Shown one piece after another: positions 48,562 through 61,551 of a stretch of 64,000 bases of DNA (positions are counted from its first letter, which is position 1; the number at the start of each line of letters is the position of its first letter). The position numbers were made by a program, and so were the translations under genes. The notes under the pieces are model-generated. The model saw only the letters and a program-made list of their open reading frames with translations, searched no databases and was not told the origin of the DNA. The stretch covers positions 434,001-498,000 of the forward strand of contig CBFDEM010000060.1 in NCBI GenBank assembly GCA_965603825.1, in the 5' to 3' direction. The DNA is from Blepharisma stoltei ATCC 30299. Taxonomy: Eukaryota > Protista > Ciliophora.

Positions 48562-48969
48562 ATGAACGAAAGAACCATTCCAGAGCAAGACTCTCTTACC
48601 TTAGATATGCCAAAGCCACCAACTCCGATTACTGACCGTGATAATATGATTACAGACAGAAAAACAAAATACATTCCTGATATTGGGTATCCTAAATATA
48701 AAAGGCCTGAAATTTTTGATGAAAATGCAACTGAAATTTATCCAACTTCATGAGGTCGGATAAGTCAAACAGCACATTGTAAATTTTGCCATCAAAAAAT
48801 CGAAAGTTTGGTGGTTAACAAAATAGGAATAGGCGGACTTATAGCGATTTGCTGTTTTTCAGCTTCTGGAGCTTGCTGCTGGATACCTTGCTTAGTTCCA
48901 TATTTTAAAGACACAATACACTATTGTCCTCGATGTAATATTAGGATTGGATGTAGGAGTTTTATATAA
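48562..48969 (+). CDS. LITAF-domain zinc-ribbon protein
   Basis: Read through the TGA: CKFC...hydrophobic...CCWIPC..KDTIHYCPRC, ending TAA48969. Confidence 0.88.
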
Positions 48970-49436
48970 GAATTATAAAATATAAATATTATTTTGAATA
49001 AATAGGCTCCTCTTATACCCTTCTTTTTAATGAGCTTAAATAATTCCTTTATAGTTATATGGAGGTAAAATGCCAATTATCTCTGTCTTGACATGACAAT
49101 AAGACTTTCTTATCAAGTTGTTTTCGTTTATAAATAAACAAATTGTGCAGGTATATCTAAAACAACCTGCATTGCTTATTACAAAAAAAAATAATTTCTA
49201 AAGATTTTTAATTTGTTTAAATTTAAAAATTTTTATTTGCTAAAAACAAAAGATTCTTCTTTTTTCTCAATCAGCATGCTAAAATTACTCAAATCTCGAA
49301 ATTTTCAAAAACAAGCCACCACTTCCATTTACGATTTTTCTCCAAAAATGGGTTTCAATACTCACATATAAAGTAAATAATACACAAGTCTTAGCTATTT
49401 CAATCAATTATCTAATAATATTCTATAATTTTGTTT

Positions 49437-49919
49437 TTACACTTGACTAGGAGGTGCCGCTTCTCTTGCAGGCTCTTCAGACTTCTCCTTGACATCATAG
49501 CCTTCCTCTATCAGCTTATCTTTTAGCTACTTATATTCTACCTTGAAATGAAACACAATATATAATATTCCAAGCATTATATTCAACAACGAAATTATGA
49601 TTTGCCACCAATAAGTGACTGAAAAAGAAATTGTTCCCATGCTAAATAGCTCTTACAATATAAAATAAAGTCCTTTTCCAAAGTACTTTTTCATAAAAGA
49701 AAAGAACCTCGATATATATTTGACAGGAAATTCAGCAGCCATCCCCAAAACCCCAAAAATCATAAAGTAAAGCGCCATTATGAACTGGACAAAGTTTTTA
49801 ATGTCACTGTAGTAGACATAGACCATAATCCCCAGAATTATCATCCCGAATCCACAAACGCAGCTTAATATCTTCATCATAAGAGAAAGCCTTTGGTCAT
49901 TTAATATCTGTCCTACCAT
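49437..49919 (-). CDS. COPI-associated/TVP15-like Golgi membrane protein
   Basis: FFSFMKKYFGKGLYFIF|MG. Two 15-nt introns (49642-49656 GTAAGAGCTATTTAG; 49527-49541 GTAGAATATAAGTAG). Confidence 0.85.
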
Positions 49920-49944
49920 TTTATTATAATTAACTCATTTTACC

Positions 49945-52900
49945 TTATTCCTGTTTTTTGCAAATAGATATAAGACATATCAGAATGAGACCGTAAAATA
50001 AAGATGAAAATACAGCCACTTTTAAAATTGATAAAAATTGTCCTGAACACTTTTCTCCTTTAGACGAACTTGAATACCCGTCTTTACACAAGCATTCTCC
50101 GTTCATACAAATTCCATGCTCTCCACAGTCGATGTCTATGCAAGAGCTTTCTTCTTCACATTTTTCACCTCCTCAGCCATTTTCGCATTCACACTTGCCG
50201 CCTTTGTTACAAACTTGATGTTTTCCATTGCAATTTGTGCATTTATTGCTGGTTTCACAAAAAACGCCTGTAAAATCTTGATCACAGAAACATTTCCCAT
50301 TATTGCAAATTCCATTTCCAGAGCATTCTAGCCCATCATTAATGCAGTTTTGGGCATTTTCTAATAAAATATGGACTTCGCAAGCCTCTCCCATTCAGCC
50401 TTCGTCACACAGGCATTTATTATTGACACATCTCCCTTTCCCTGAGCAGCCTAAAGGACAATGTATTGGGGTAATTTGATCTTGCTGTAAAAAAGCTGTG
50501 CAGGAAGTATCGCCTGATTGGCAATAGCAATTTCCAGCAAAGCAGACCCCATCACAGTTTTCGTCACACTTTGTGTGCTTTGATACTTCTTTTTGGCATG
50601 ATTTTCCTCTGAAACCAGGATTACAATAGCATTTTCCGAAACGACAAACTCCATGAGAGTTGCAGTCGTCAGGGCATGATTTTTTTATGGAGCAGTCTTC
50701 GCCGTCGTATTGAGGGTCACAGTAACATTTTCCAAAAAAACAGCTTCCATGACCATTACAAATACCATTGCCAGGACAATTGATAGGCACTGGGACCAAG
50801 CAATTTTCTCCAGTTCAGCCGTACTCGCATTCACATATGTTGCCATTTCTTTTAGAATGAGGAGGGCATGATTCGGTTTTTAAAAGTAAGCTGCAGTCTT
50901 CTCCGTGGTATCCTTCTTTGCATAAGCATTTTGAGTTCTCACAAACTCCATTGCCTGAGCAGGAATTTGGGCAGGAATTTTCCCCACATTTTTGGCCGTC
51001 TTCACAGAAGCAAGAGCCGTAGATACAGATGGAGCCTGCAGGGCAGGAAATTGGACAAGAAACAGATATTTCACAGATTTCTCCTGTATAGCCAGGATCA
51101 CAATAGCAGTGTCCATACTGACACATCCCATGATTTGAGCAGTTTTCTAGGCATTTTACAGCTTCTTTAGAGGTACAAGTTGACCCTGAATATCCTGGCT
51201 CACATAAGCATCTTCCATGATGAAACGTACCATGACTATTGCATTCGTCTTGAATTTTTATTTCACAGTTTTTCCCTGTTCAACCTTTATTGCATAAGCA
51301 GTCACCATGCAAGCATTTCCCGTTTTTCGAGCAATGCTTAGGACAATTTAAAGACAGCGAGCAATCTTTACCTATAAATCCAGGGTTGCAGGTGCAGATT
51401 CCAGCTATGCATTTACCATTTTGACATTGGCAGCTTGCTCTTTCACAATGATTCCCAGAATATCCAATATTACACTCACATTGCCCTTGCTTACAAATTC
51501 CATGGCCTGAGCATTGTCCATTTAAAAAATCCCCACAAGCTTGAGTAGGCTGACTACAATCTTCTCCTTTTCAGCCATTTAAACAATAGCAAATTCCATT
51601 TTTGCAGATTCCATTTCCATTACAATCGCAGCTCTCATCACCATTTCCTGCTTCTTTTTCCTCACAAGCGTTTCCTTTTCATCCATTTTCGCATACACAC
51701 ATCTCATTTTTACAGACTCCATGGCCATTGCAATTATTTTTACACTGCGGAGGCTCTCCACAGTCTTCTCCACCCCATCCATTGTCACAATAGCATTTTC
51801 CTTGCTTGCATTTTCCATGATAATTGCATTCTTTTGGGCACGCAATTTCATATTCACAAGCTTCTCCATAATACCCAGGGTCGCATACACATTTTCCTAG
51901 TGTGCAGGATCCTCTATAAGAGCAGTCTCCAGGGCATCTTTTCGCTTGTGAGCAATCATGCCCTGTAAAGCCGCTATTACATTGGCATACTGAATTTTCA
52001 CAAATTCCATTCCCAGAACAATCATTTGGGCAAAAATCAGAGCAGTCAGGCCCAGTATAGCCACTATTGCAAATACATTCTCCTTTAGGTGTACAAATTC
52101 CCTAAATATTGGTTACATTTCCGCTGCAGTCATTTATACAAGGCTTCATAGAGCAGTCATCACCTCTTCAGCCAGTCTTGCACTTACAAAGGCCGTTTTC
52201 TTGGCAAGTTCCATGAGAACTGGAGCTGCAATTTCTTGGGCAAGGGATTTGACTATATAATAATTACATATCGCACATAGTACCAGAATACCCTGGGTAG
52301 CACTCACATCTTTCAGTTTTTGCGTTGCAAAATCCTCCAGATGTTATCACTTCAAAAATGGGAGTCCCTTGTAAAGTCAGGGGTATGTCTTCACGAGATT
52401 TATAAGTGTGATACCCTGCGTCAGTGTAGAGTTCATATCTGACACTTAAAATTGTACAATTCATAGGACAGATTGTGTGCTCACATTCAGGACCACCATA
52501 TCCCATATAGCATTTGCAGACTCCATGCTCGCAAAACCCTCTCTGATTGCAATCATTATTGCATCTCATATCAATTGAGCAGTCATCTCCTTCCCAGCCA
52601 CTTTCACAGTTGCATATTCCTTCCTCGCATTTCCCATTCCCTGAGCATCTATTTTTACAAGAAATTTCGCAATTTGCCCCAAAATACCCATCATCACATT
52701 CACAGCAGCTTCCTTTATATTTTCCATGCCCACTGCAGTCTGGGCATTTCGCATCACAAAATTTCCCACAAAATCCTGGCAAGCAGTGGCATTCTTCACC
52801 TACCAAAGTTCCTTGTTCATTACAGTTCAAAGAATACTTCGGCAGCTCACATCCTTCACAGTTGCAAGTATAATCACCAGTGCATTTAAATCCATCAGGG

Positions 52901-54546
52901 CAGCCATAAGGACAAGCAAATTCGCAATTTTCTCCTCCGAAATTTTCAAAACAGTCGCATTTTCCAGTTTTGTGATTGCAAGATCCTCGTGATTGTTCAC
53001 TCCCACAAGAATAAGGACAATGCCGAAATTCACAGGAAACCCCGAAATATTCAGGGAGACAAATGCATTTGTCGTTTTCACAGACCCCACGATTTCGACA
53101 GTTAGAAGGACAGTTACCATGTAGCTCAAAATTTTCTTGCAGAAGAATGGGGTTTGTTGTGTTTTCTGGGGTGGAGATTGAAGAAATCTTTGGGGGATTT
53201 GTGACAGAGCAATCAGGGCCTTCAAAATTATCATAACAGATGCAGGATTTGGTTGAAATTTCACATTTACCATTGTCATTGCAGTTGTTTTGGCAATAAG
53301 ACAGCTCACAAGATTCTCCATAAAATCCTTCTTTGCATTCACATACCCCATTTGAAAATTTACCATTAGATTCTTCACAATAAGTGTCACATTTAGCTTT
53401 TAACATTAAAAAATAAGGCTTTTCTATGTGAGATTCATGCAAAAGTCCATGCCCGCCTATGAGAAATCCTCCATAGTCAGTTCCTAAAGCAAGCTGTTTT
53501 TCTCTTGGAGGAATTGATTGATTGGGATTTGCAATTTTTTGATTGTTCCAAAATAAAGATTTTTTTCCTGATAAATTTATATCGAATCTAAGCGAAAAAA
53601 TGTCATTATAGCATTGGGATAGTGAATAATTGCAGCCTCCTATTAAGAATAGGTTTAATCCGTTTTTTATAAGAGAATGACCTTCTCTAGGTGAAGGAGG
53701 TTCTCCTATTAATTCGAAATCTTTTGAGCTAAGCCATGATAATGAAATTTTCGCTTTTATGAGCTGAATTTTTAAGATAGAGATATCATTGAAATATTCT
53801 CCTCCATTACTTCCTCCAATAACGAGCATAAATCCATATTCATTTTTATTGATGATGTGGCATGAATGCCCTTTCCTAGGAGAAGGGCCATTGCCGGTGA
53901 CTTCAGGTTTTTCTCATTTAGAACCTTTAATATCAAAAATCCACACATCGTTATATACACCCATTTCGCTTTCCCCACCAAACAAAACTAAATATTTAGC
54001 ATTTTCACTATTAAAAATCCCTATACAGCCATCAGATCTAGCAAGCAGCTACATAAGATTTACATTTTCATTTTTATTTTCAATAGTTTTTATTTGGTCA
54101 ATATTGCTTACATCAACTCTATACAAGTCATTCAAAGGATCTCCATTAATATTTTGGCCACCATAAAGGTAAAGGAACTTTGATTCTTCATCAAATATTC
54201 ATGAAAAGCCAAAACCAGGAGGAATTTTTGTTTTGATTTTTGTTGAAATCCATTGCTTAGTGCTGAATACAAATTACATCAAATCGAAAATAGAAAGATC
54301 AATTGAGCAGCGTTTTGATTGAGTTGGGCAAGTGTTAAAAATATAAGAAACTGATTGAGTAGAAAAGCCAAAAGGCTCATAAAATTGATAGTTTTCGATA
54401 ATTTGCTCTGAAGAGCTTCAATATGCGCAATTTTCTGTGTTTGGAGATATTAATCCGTTATTTGGACTTTGGAGAAGGCCTGGTGATAATGGCTTTAGCA
54501 AGGCTTGAGTTTGAATGATTTGAGCTATGATAAATGCTAAAATCAT
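49945..54546 (-). CDS. ~1520-aa Kelch + tenascin-type EGF-repeat type I surface protein
   Basis: Signal peptide, Kelch motifs (PSPREGHS, LFLIGG), many C-P-x2-C-x3-G-x-C..C-x-C..G[WFY]xGxxC repeats, C-terminal TM. Introns at 54263-54277, 52253-52267 and 52102-52116. Confidence 0.88.
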
Positions 54547-54713
54547 TTTTTAATTTAAATTTTAACTGAAATATGAATATTTTATTCAAAGTAAATTTTA
54601 TCCAAAAATCAGTAGCTTAATTATAAGAATAATTTATTATGATTAATCTATAAGATTGAAGTATTTTATGGATAAATAAATGGTAAATTCCCAATAATAT
54701 TACTTTATAGCAA

Positions 54714-55286
54714 ATGCTAAGAAAAGTCATCAGAAAATTTGCAGGGATTATTGCTTCACCAGATGAAGTTATTTTGCTAGTTGATCAAAATAATAAACCT
54801 ATTGGAAGCACAACAAGGCGAGATGTTCGAAAAAATCACCTTTTGCATCGTTCAAGCTTTATTTTTATCCAAAATCCAATATCTGAGAAATTTTATGTAC
54901 AAAAAAGAGTTATGCATAAAGAAACTTTTCCAGGCTATTATGATCCTGCTCCAGGAGGGATGATTTTAGCCTCTGATCCAAGCGATGAATTTGGAGCTAA
55001 AAGGGAGCTAGAAGAAGAAATGGGCATATCTGGGGTGAATCTTGAATTTTTGTTTAATATGCTATATAAATCAGAAGATCCATTGTGGTGTGCTGTGTTT
55101 TTTGCTAAATGAGATGGAGAACTGAGGCTTCAAAAAGAGGAGGTTGAGTTTGTAGAAATGATGAGCCTAGAAGAAATCATAAGAAGGGCAAGGCTTGAAA
55201 GTTTTACACCCGATAGTATGGAAATATTGAATAAATTGATCGATATGGGGAAATTCAAGCTAAAAAATAACCAACAATATAATTAA
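54714..55286 (+). CDS. Nudix hydrolase (YfcD/IDI-like)
   Basis: LLHRSSFIFI, QKR..K..FPGYYD, AKRELEEEMGI Nudix box; continues through TGA (W-DGELRLQKEEV..FTPDS). Confidence 0.88.
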
Positions 55287-55292
55287 ATTAAT

Positions 55293-56081
55293 TTAAGGAC
55301 TACAGCTTCTTGCTATTCTACAGTTTTTGATAACAGGAAAATCAAGCTCTTTATGCTTCACTTTTTGATTTAAAATATCAGCTCTTTTTTGTTCAAATTC
55401 AGCTATATTTAGTGTGACTATCGTTTTTTTAACAGTTTCCTTATTCCTAATTCACATTAAAATTTCCACAATCTTTTTGAGATCTAGTACAATTTTTTGG
55501 ATATTTGCCAAATTTTGGATTTTTTTGTCTTTTTTGGGCCTGAGCTCCATTTTTGGATGTTTTCTGGTCATGAATGTCTGCTTTATGCACTGGTCTTTGC
55601 TATCTTTTCCTTTTCAAAATTCCCTTAGAATGCTGTGCCCATTTTCTTTCCTGTTTTCTAATCAGTAATCATAGATCTTTTCTAAATACTTATAGGATTT
55701 CCCTAAAACGTTTGTAGTAACTTCAAGAGCTTTATCTTTTGGAATCGGCGCTTTAAAATTAGAAAGCTTTTCCCAAAGGTCTATAGATCGGCCAAATGTT
55801 TCGATCGTTTCCTTTTTTTGGCTTCGAAGAGTTTTTTTGAGGAAAACGAGATCTGCTTCTGTTAGTTCATATTTAATTGGAAGAACTTTGAAAAGGGGAG
55901 GAGGCTGTTTGAATCGGATATAATAGGGTGGCTGAATGAATTTGAGGAGGCTTGGAGGATCAAGGACTTGTTCAATTTCTGGTACTTTGATTTGGGATTC
56001 AGGTTTATTTTGAATTAATGTTGTGGGCTCGTATTCTGCTAAATCAAGAGCAAGGGGATCCGAAAATTTATCTGGATTCAT
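55293..56081 (-). CDS. Enhancer of polycomb-like (EPL1/EPC) domain protein
   Basis: YELTEADLVFL, IDLWEK, IYDY-W-LENRKE with TGA at the conserved Trp. Confidence 0.75.
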
Positions 56082-56147
56082 TAGATTATAGGTCAACTAC
56101 ATATTTTAATTTCATTAGAGAATATCTCCTAAATATCGAATAATAAA

Positions 56148-57569
56148 ATGGCCAAAAAAGGTTTAATACTTGACCTGATTTATATTTGTGTCACAGTTCT
56201 TGTTCTTTGTATTATAACAGGGAAGCCACTTTATTTGCCACTTTTATCTACAGTATCAATTGCAGTGTTTCATTTTTTCAAATTAAAACATGAATCAATT
56301 TTTTCCTATTCTCTATTAGTGATTACTTATTCTTATTGACTCAGCGTTTCTGAACCGGGGTGGCAAGAGAGAATAGGGTGAATTCTAATGGTTTCAGAGG
56401 GTTGAATAATTGGACTTAAATACCCTTTGAATAACCGTATAATGGGAATTTGTGGTAAAATTTTCCTAAAGCTTTTCTTAGGCTATTACTATCACTTTGA
56501 TATGGTAAGCACGTCTTTGGCTGCATATATCCCATTATTCGCTCATAGATTTTACAGTTATAAAGACCCAGAAGATTATGATGCTTCTAAAATGGTTTTC
56601 CATGAGACGACAAAAGGTTTAATTTTAACTAACACTCATCAAGTTATAGCTTCAAATAAAGCCGCACAAAACATTTTCCCTTCATTTTCCGATTTATTTG
56701 AATTAAACCCAACAATATCTTCATCCCCTCCATTTCTAAAACTTCTAATGACAAAATCTTCTGGGCTATACAAAAAAGCTTCAAATTTATATGAAATTTC
56801 CTGCTCCCCTGTTACTATTAAAGAAAAATCCCTAATTTTAATCACAATTTCTGACATAACAAGTATATCAAAAGAGTACGCAAAAATTTATTCAGCTGAA
56901 AAATATTATAAAAAATTTTCACATGAATTAAGAGTCCCACTAGATGGTAATCTTTATATAGAACTTTGCAATGCGATTGAGCCAGGTGAACAAATTAATA
57001 AGGAATTTTCTAAAAGTTTGCAATTAGTCACTAATGCAGTAAACTCTTTTGAAGATGTTGTCAATTTGAAATTGGGTAGAGAAATCAAGAGAAATATAGT
57101 GAAGGTAAGCATTGAAGATGAAGCAGAAAAAATATGCCATGCTTTAGAAAATATAGCTAAAAAGAAAGCTGTAACTTTGACGTGAAAAGTAGAGAATAGC
57201 TTGAAGAAAATTTGCGAAATTGATTTGATGAGGGTTAAGGAATGCATAATTGCAGCAGCTAAATATGCAATTAATTTTGCGGTATATCGAGATCAAATTG
57301 TTATGAATTTTAGGCAGAATAATGAAAAAGAAGTTTTGTTTACGGTTCAAGGGAAATTTTCAGAGCAGAAATCGTATGATTTGAAGTTATTAAGGTTGAT
57401 TACACCATTAATAGGCTCAGCACCAGTTAAATTGACAGAGACTACACTAAGCTTTTCATTTTATTATACAGATGATGTAGAGAGATATTTTACAAGCAAA
57501 TCTGATGAAAATATTAGCCTCAGAGGCTTATCTTTTTCAAATATAAGCAGTAGTGCAAGTAAACATTAA
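56148..57569 (+). CDS. Membrane protein with PAS-like and degenerate histidine kinase domains
   Basis: N-terminal TMs, GLIL..N.AA..IF PAS-like segment, H-box FSHELRVPL. Joined through TGA=W; candidate 15-nt intron 56947-56961. Confidence 0.7.
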
Positions 57570-57669
57570 TTTAAACGCTAAGATGAATATATAAATGATA
57601 TTTATAATAAACCTAAAATATCTTGCCCATAGTAGGCACTGGTATAAAGAAACTCAATTATTATAAACT

Positions 57670-58794
57670 TTACGTATCGTAACCAATTGAGTTATTTACT
57701 GAAGAATCTGATTGAGCTCACGCCTGGGCTCCTGAACAACTTCTATAAGTGTATTTATCATCAGATTGGCTTGTGTCTATAAGTGGGCATCTACATAATT
57801 TTTTAAGCAAAGTCTTTTCCCATGCTTGCAAATTGCTTTCACTATTCACAGCTGAATTTAAATTTTCCCCGAATTTTTCTTTTATTTTACATTTCAATTC
57901 ATTCCTAGTAAGTTTCCCATAAGTTCTTAGTGCCCAAATTATATGTTCATTCATAGAATTATTTGCGACTTTAGCTACTCTTGTGCTGCTTTTTAATGAG
58001 TAAAATCCAGGGATTTTTTTGAAGCTTGTGCATAAGATTTGTTTTACGCTTCTTTTCCATCTGTACTCTTTATTATCTTCATTAGCTTCACTTGACAAAT
58101 AATCTTTATAATTTTTTTCAATGGCTTCAATAATTTCTTCCTTTGTCCCAGTATTGTTTGGGAGAGATTTTAAAGCTTCGTTAATCATAGTGTTTATGGT
58201 AGGTTTGGTCGATTTTGTTCTTTTAGCAGGCTCAACTTTATGATTTAGCCCATGCTTCATAAGCTGAGTAGCTTTGGTCCTTAAACTGCACATGCTTCTT
58301 CCCATCTGCAAGGCTAACTGATTTCAGGCTTCATTAGGGATTTTTGAATGAGGGTAAGAATTGTTAATAAAGTTATACAATTGTTCTTCTTCTGATTTAG
58401 TTCAAAGCTGCCGCTTGCGGGTATCAGAAGTTACAGAAGAGCTGTCACAGTCTGCAAATAGCTTGTCAATATTGAAGTTATCGGGGTCTTCAACTAGTGA
58501 AGGCAAATCCATTTTGTCCATAAAGCTTCGCTTGCGAGGAGGTGGCTGATGCTTAAAAAGCTTGTCTAAATTCATAGGCTCTTCATTGATAAATAAATTT
58601 TCGCCTGGGTCAATAGGTGCTAGAGTAACCCAACCATCAAGAACTGCTGAGGAGTGCTTTTGGAACAGGACTGACGGATTGTTCTGAGTCCACTGCCGAT
58701 TGAGAGCCATCCACTCTGGCTCTACTTGCATTTCTAAGTCTTCTTCTTGTAAGGCGAAGTCATAGTTTTCAGAAAAATCGTAATCCATGTCCAT
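57670..58794 (-). CDS. Myb/SANT + linker-histone-like winged-helix protein
   Basis: TGA supplies both Myb Trp residues (RQL-W-TKSEEEQL..EA-W-NQLA..GRS). Two repeats MINEALKSL..EIIEAIEKNY..W and HIIWALRTY..ELKCKIKEKF..W. Confidence 0.75.
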
Positions 58795-59285
58795 TGCTAT
58801 TGATTGGTATCTGTAATAATTATTATAAGAAATTATTTAAGAAGGGGCCAGATATGAATTTGATCGAGAATAAGGACGTTAAATTTCTCTAAGTTTTTTT
58901 TAAAAAATTATCTTAATTTATCAAAATTATATGAAAAAATTTAAGTTTGAAATAAATGTGGATTCAAGTCATTATAAATTGCTATGCTGATATGAAGAAT
59001 TTTGGTGAAATTATAATAGTAGCCAATCTGCTATTATAATTCTAAAGGGTATCATTGTAATCTATAAATTTCAAAGTAATAGGTATATTTGTTTTATTTT
59101 TAGTAAAACCGACTGTTCTAATGCTTGATACATAAATTCAGCCTATTATTCCAAGATAAAATAGAGCCCTCAATCTTTCTCAATATTTTCTTCCAAATTT
59201 CCTCTATTCTCAACGCACACTAAAAAAACTGTTGGCTTTTCCAAGGATTTATATAAATATCAACAAAAAAACTTATGCTATTAAT

Positions 59286-59504
59286 TTATCCCTTCCTTCT
59301 CCCAGTAATCACTTTATGAATCGCCAGATTTTGCTGTTTATTAACATCATCCATATGTTCTCTAATTCTTTTCATTTCTTTCTTAAGCTCGTCAAGTCTT
59401 TTAGAATTATGCTCTCGGTATTTCTTTACTTTGTCCAATTTCACTTTAAGCTTGATGAATGCATCCATCTCATCTTCTAGCTTATTTACATCCAGCTCTT
59501 CCAT
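59286..59504 (-). CDS. Small coiled-coil hypothetical protein
   Basis: 72-aa ATG-TAA ORF with heptad character, placed tightly after TGT. Confidence 0.55.
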   Translation of the reverse strand: MEELDVNKLEDEMDAFIKLKVKLDKVKKYREHNSKRLDELKKEMKRIREHMDDVNKQQNLAIHKVITGRRKG

Positions 59505-59516
59505 ATTAATTTTATA

Positions 59517-60719
59517 TTAATTTAACGTAATACTGGCTTCAGCTAATGCTTCTTTTACCCAATTCGGCACATTTTCTACTCCGTTAAATCATTCTAATAC
59601 AAAATTTCTCGCATATTCTTCGAGCTCGCCTGATAAAATCGCTTCTCTGATTTCCCTCATTAAGGTAAATAAGAAATAAATATTGTGTATTGATAATAAG
59701 TGGCATGCAGTTTGTTCTTTGTGTAGCAAAGAGCTCAAAAACGATTTTGTATACTTTATACAAGTTGGACAGTTGCAGGACTCATCTAAAGGAGACAAAT
59801 CTGATTTCATTTCTTCAGGCCTAAGCCTTAAAAAGCCTTTTTTTGTAAAAACTTGTCCAAATCTTGCAGTCCTAGTCGCAAAAACGCAGTCAAACATGTC
59901 AACACCTAGACAAGAGCACACCAATAAATCAATAGGATATCCTACTCCCATAAGGTATCTCGGCTTTTCCCAAGGTAATTTATTTGTACAATGTGCGACT
60001 ATTTTCCAAAAATCTTCTTTGGCTTCACCCCCTGCAAGTCCACCTATGGCATACCCAGGCAAATTTTTTGATATTAGCCCTTCTAACGAAATATCCCTTA
60101 ATGAGGCATCCAAACCACCCTGAACTATTCCAAACAAGTTTTGTGGCTTGCTAGGATTATGGGCAAGAATGCATCTATCAATCCATCTGGTTGTACGGTG
60201 GCATGCTTCTTCTAGTCTTTCTTTAGTAGAAAGAGGATTCGTCACATCGTCAAGTGCCATCATGATATCGGCTCCTATTGAATTTTGGATCCTCATTGAT
60301 TCCTCTGGGGTTAGAAGCATCCTGGAACCATCAGTTGGGGACTCAAACTCGACGCCTTCTTCAGTGATTTGTGCAAGTTTTAATAAAGAAACCATTTGAA
60401 AACCACCAGAGTCAGTCAGAATATTTCGATCCCAGCCTTCAAAATTGTGCAGGCCTGAAAAGTTATCTAAGACTTCAGTTCCAGGGTAATTTCCTAGATG
60501 ATAAGTATTTCCTAGTAAAATTTGGCAGCCAAGCTCTCTCATTTGTTGGAAAGTGACGCCTTTGATAGCCCCTTTGGTGCCTACTGGCATGTAGACTGGT
60601 GTTTGGACTTCTCCATGAGGAAGAGTTATAGTGCTTGCACGAGCTCGGTGATAGCGGCCTTCTATGGTGAATTTTAAAGGCCATTTGATAGCTAGCTTGG
60701 CTCTTTTTCTTGGCTCCAT
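59517..60719 (-). CDS. QTRT1: Queuine tRNA-ribosyltransferase catalytic subunit
   Basis: TPVYMPVGTKG, LTDSGGFQMVSL, MMALDD, PRYLMGVG, CNCPTC..H. Reading through the TGA gives W-FNG..VPNWVKEAL. Confidence 0.95.
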
Positions 60720-60885
60720 TTATCAATATGAAAATTTTCAGCATGGTTAGGTTGTGAGAGAGCATTGACTCATAAAAATATTAAAGTTAAGCTGGAAAAT
60801 TAATTTCTTTAATTTATTTTGCAATAATTGCATTAGCAAATGCTGATATTTCTGAAATAACTTAATTCTAATAATTAATTCCATT

Positions 60886-61332
60886 ATGTCTCTGAACATA
60901 AAAGAAAAGCTTCAAGAGTACGGAATTACAGGAGCAAATCTTGGCAAAGGTGTCGGAGTATTTCTAGTTGTTAGCTATTCTTATGCTTTTTTGCTCTTTG
61001 GTGCTTGCTATTATTTCAGGCCAGCTGCAGCTATATCAAGAATTTTTCGCACCAATAAAATCAATGAACTTATGAAAGCAAAAAACTATGATGGAGATTG
61101 GTGAAAGAAATCTATGTTTGCAAAGTGAGTAAGCCAAGAGAGAGGTCAAAGAATAGGGATTGCTTTTGCAGAAATGGTAGCCATTAAAATGTTAATTTCA
61201 CCAGTAATGCTCCCTGTAAGACTATTGCTGACTGTAGAAATTCTTAAATATTGGAATGAAAACTCAGGAAAAGCAATTTCAGAAACTGAATTAAATTATC
61301 AAGGGCTATCAGAAGAATTTAAGAAGGATTAG
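60886..61332 (+). CDS. DUF1279/FAM210-like membrane protein, copy 1
   Basis: LQEYG..GVGVFLVV..AFAEMVAIKMLISPVMLPVRL; TGA=W; ends in TAG. Confidence 0.75.
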
Positions 61333-61457
61333 AAAGAGTTTAAAATGAAAGAATAGTTTATTTTTAGCAAAAAGGTTTAAAGTTAGTTAATTAGCACGTG
61401 ATGCTTAGAGATAGAAATGAGCATATTTAAATAGTTTATTTAACTACCCTATCTATA

Positions 61458-61551
61458 GCTATTGTGCTTGCAAGAGCTCGGTGATAACGCCTTCTATGAT
61501 GAATTTAAAAGTTTATTTGATAGATAGCTTGACTCTTTTTCTTGGCTCCAT
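61458..61551 (-). pseudogene. Duplicated, decayed 5' fragment of TGT
   Basis: Matches 60626-60719 (ATG GAG CCA AGA AAA AGA...) with substitutions and an indel. Confidence 0.8.

Noticed and set aside
50000-53400. Repetitive Cys-codon-rich DNA as a CRISPR or satellite array
   Set aside because: The repetition is at the protein level (EGF units), with no identical nucleotide repeat-spacer structure.
49945-54546. TGA as Cys (Euplotes code) or selenocysteine
   Set aside because: In the EGF repeats TGA occupies the aromatic G-[WFY]-x-G slot while Cys positions use TGT/TGC. TGA is also far too frequent for Sec.
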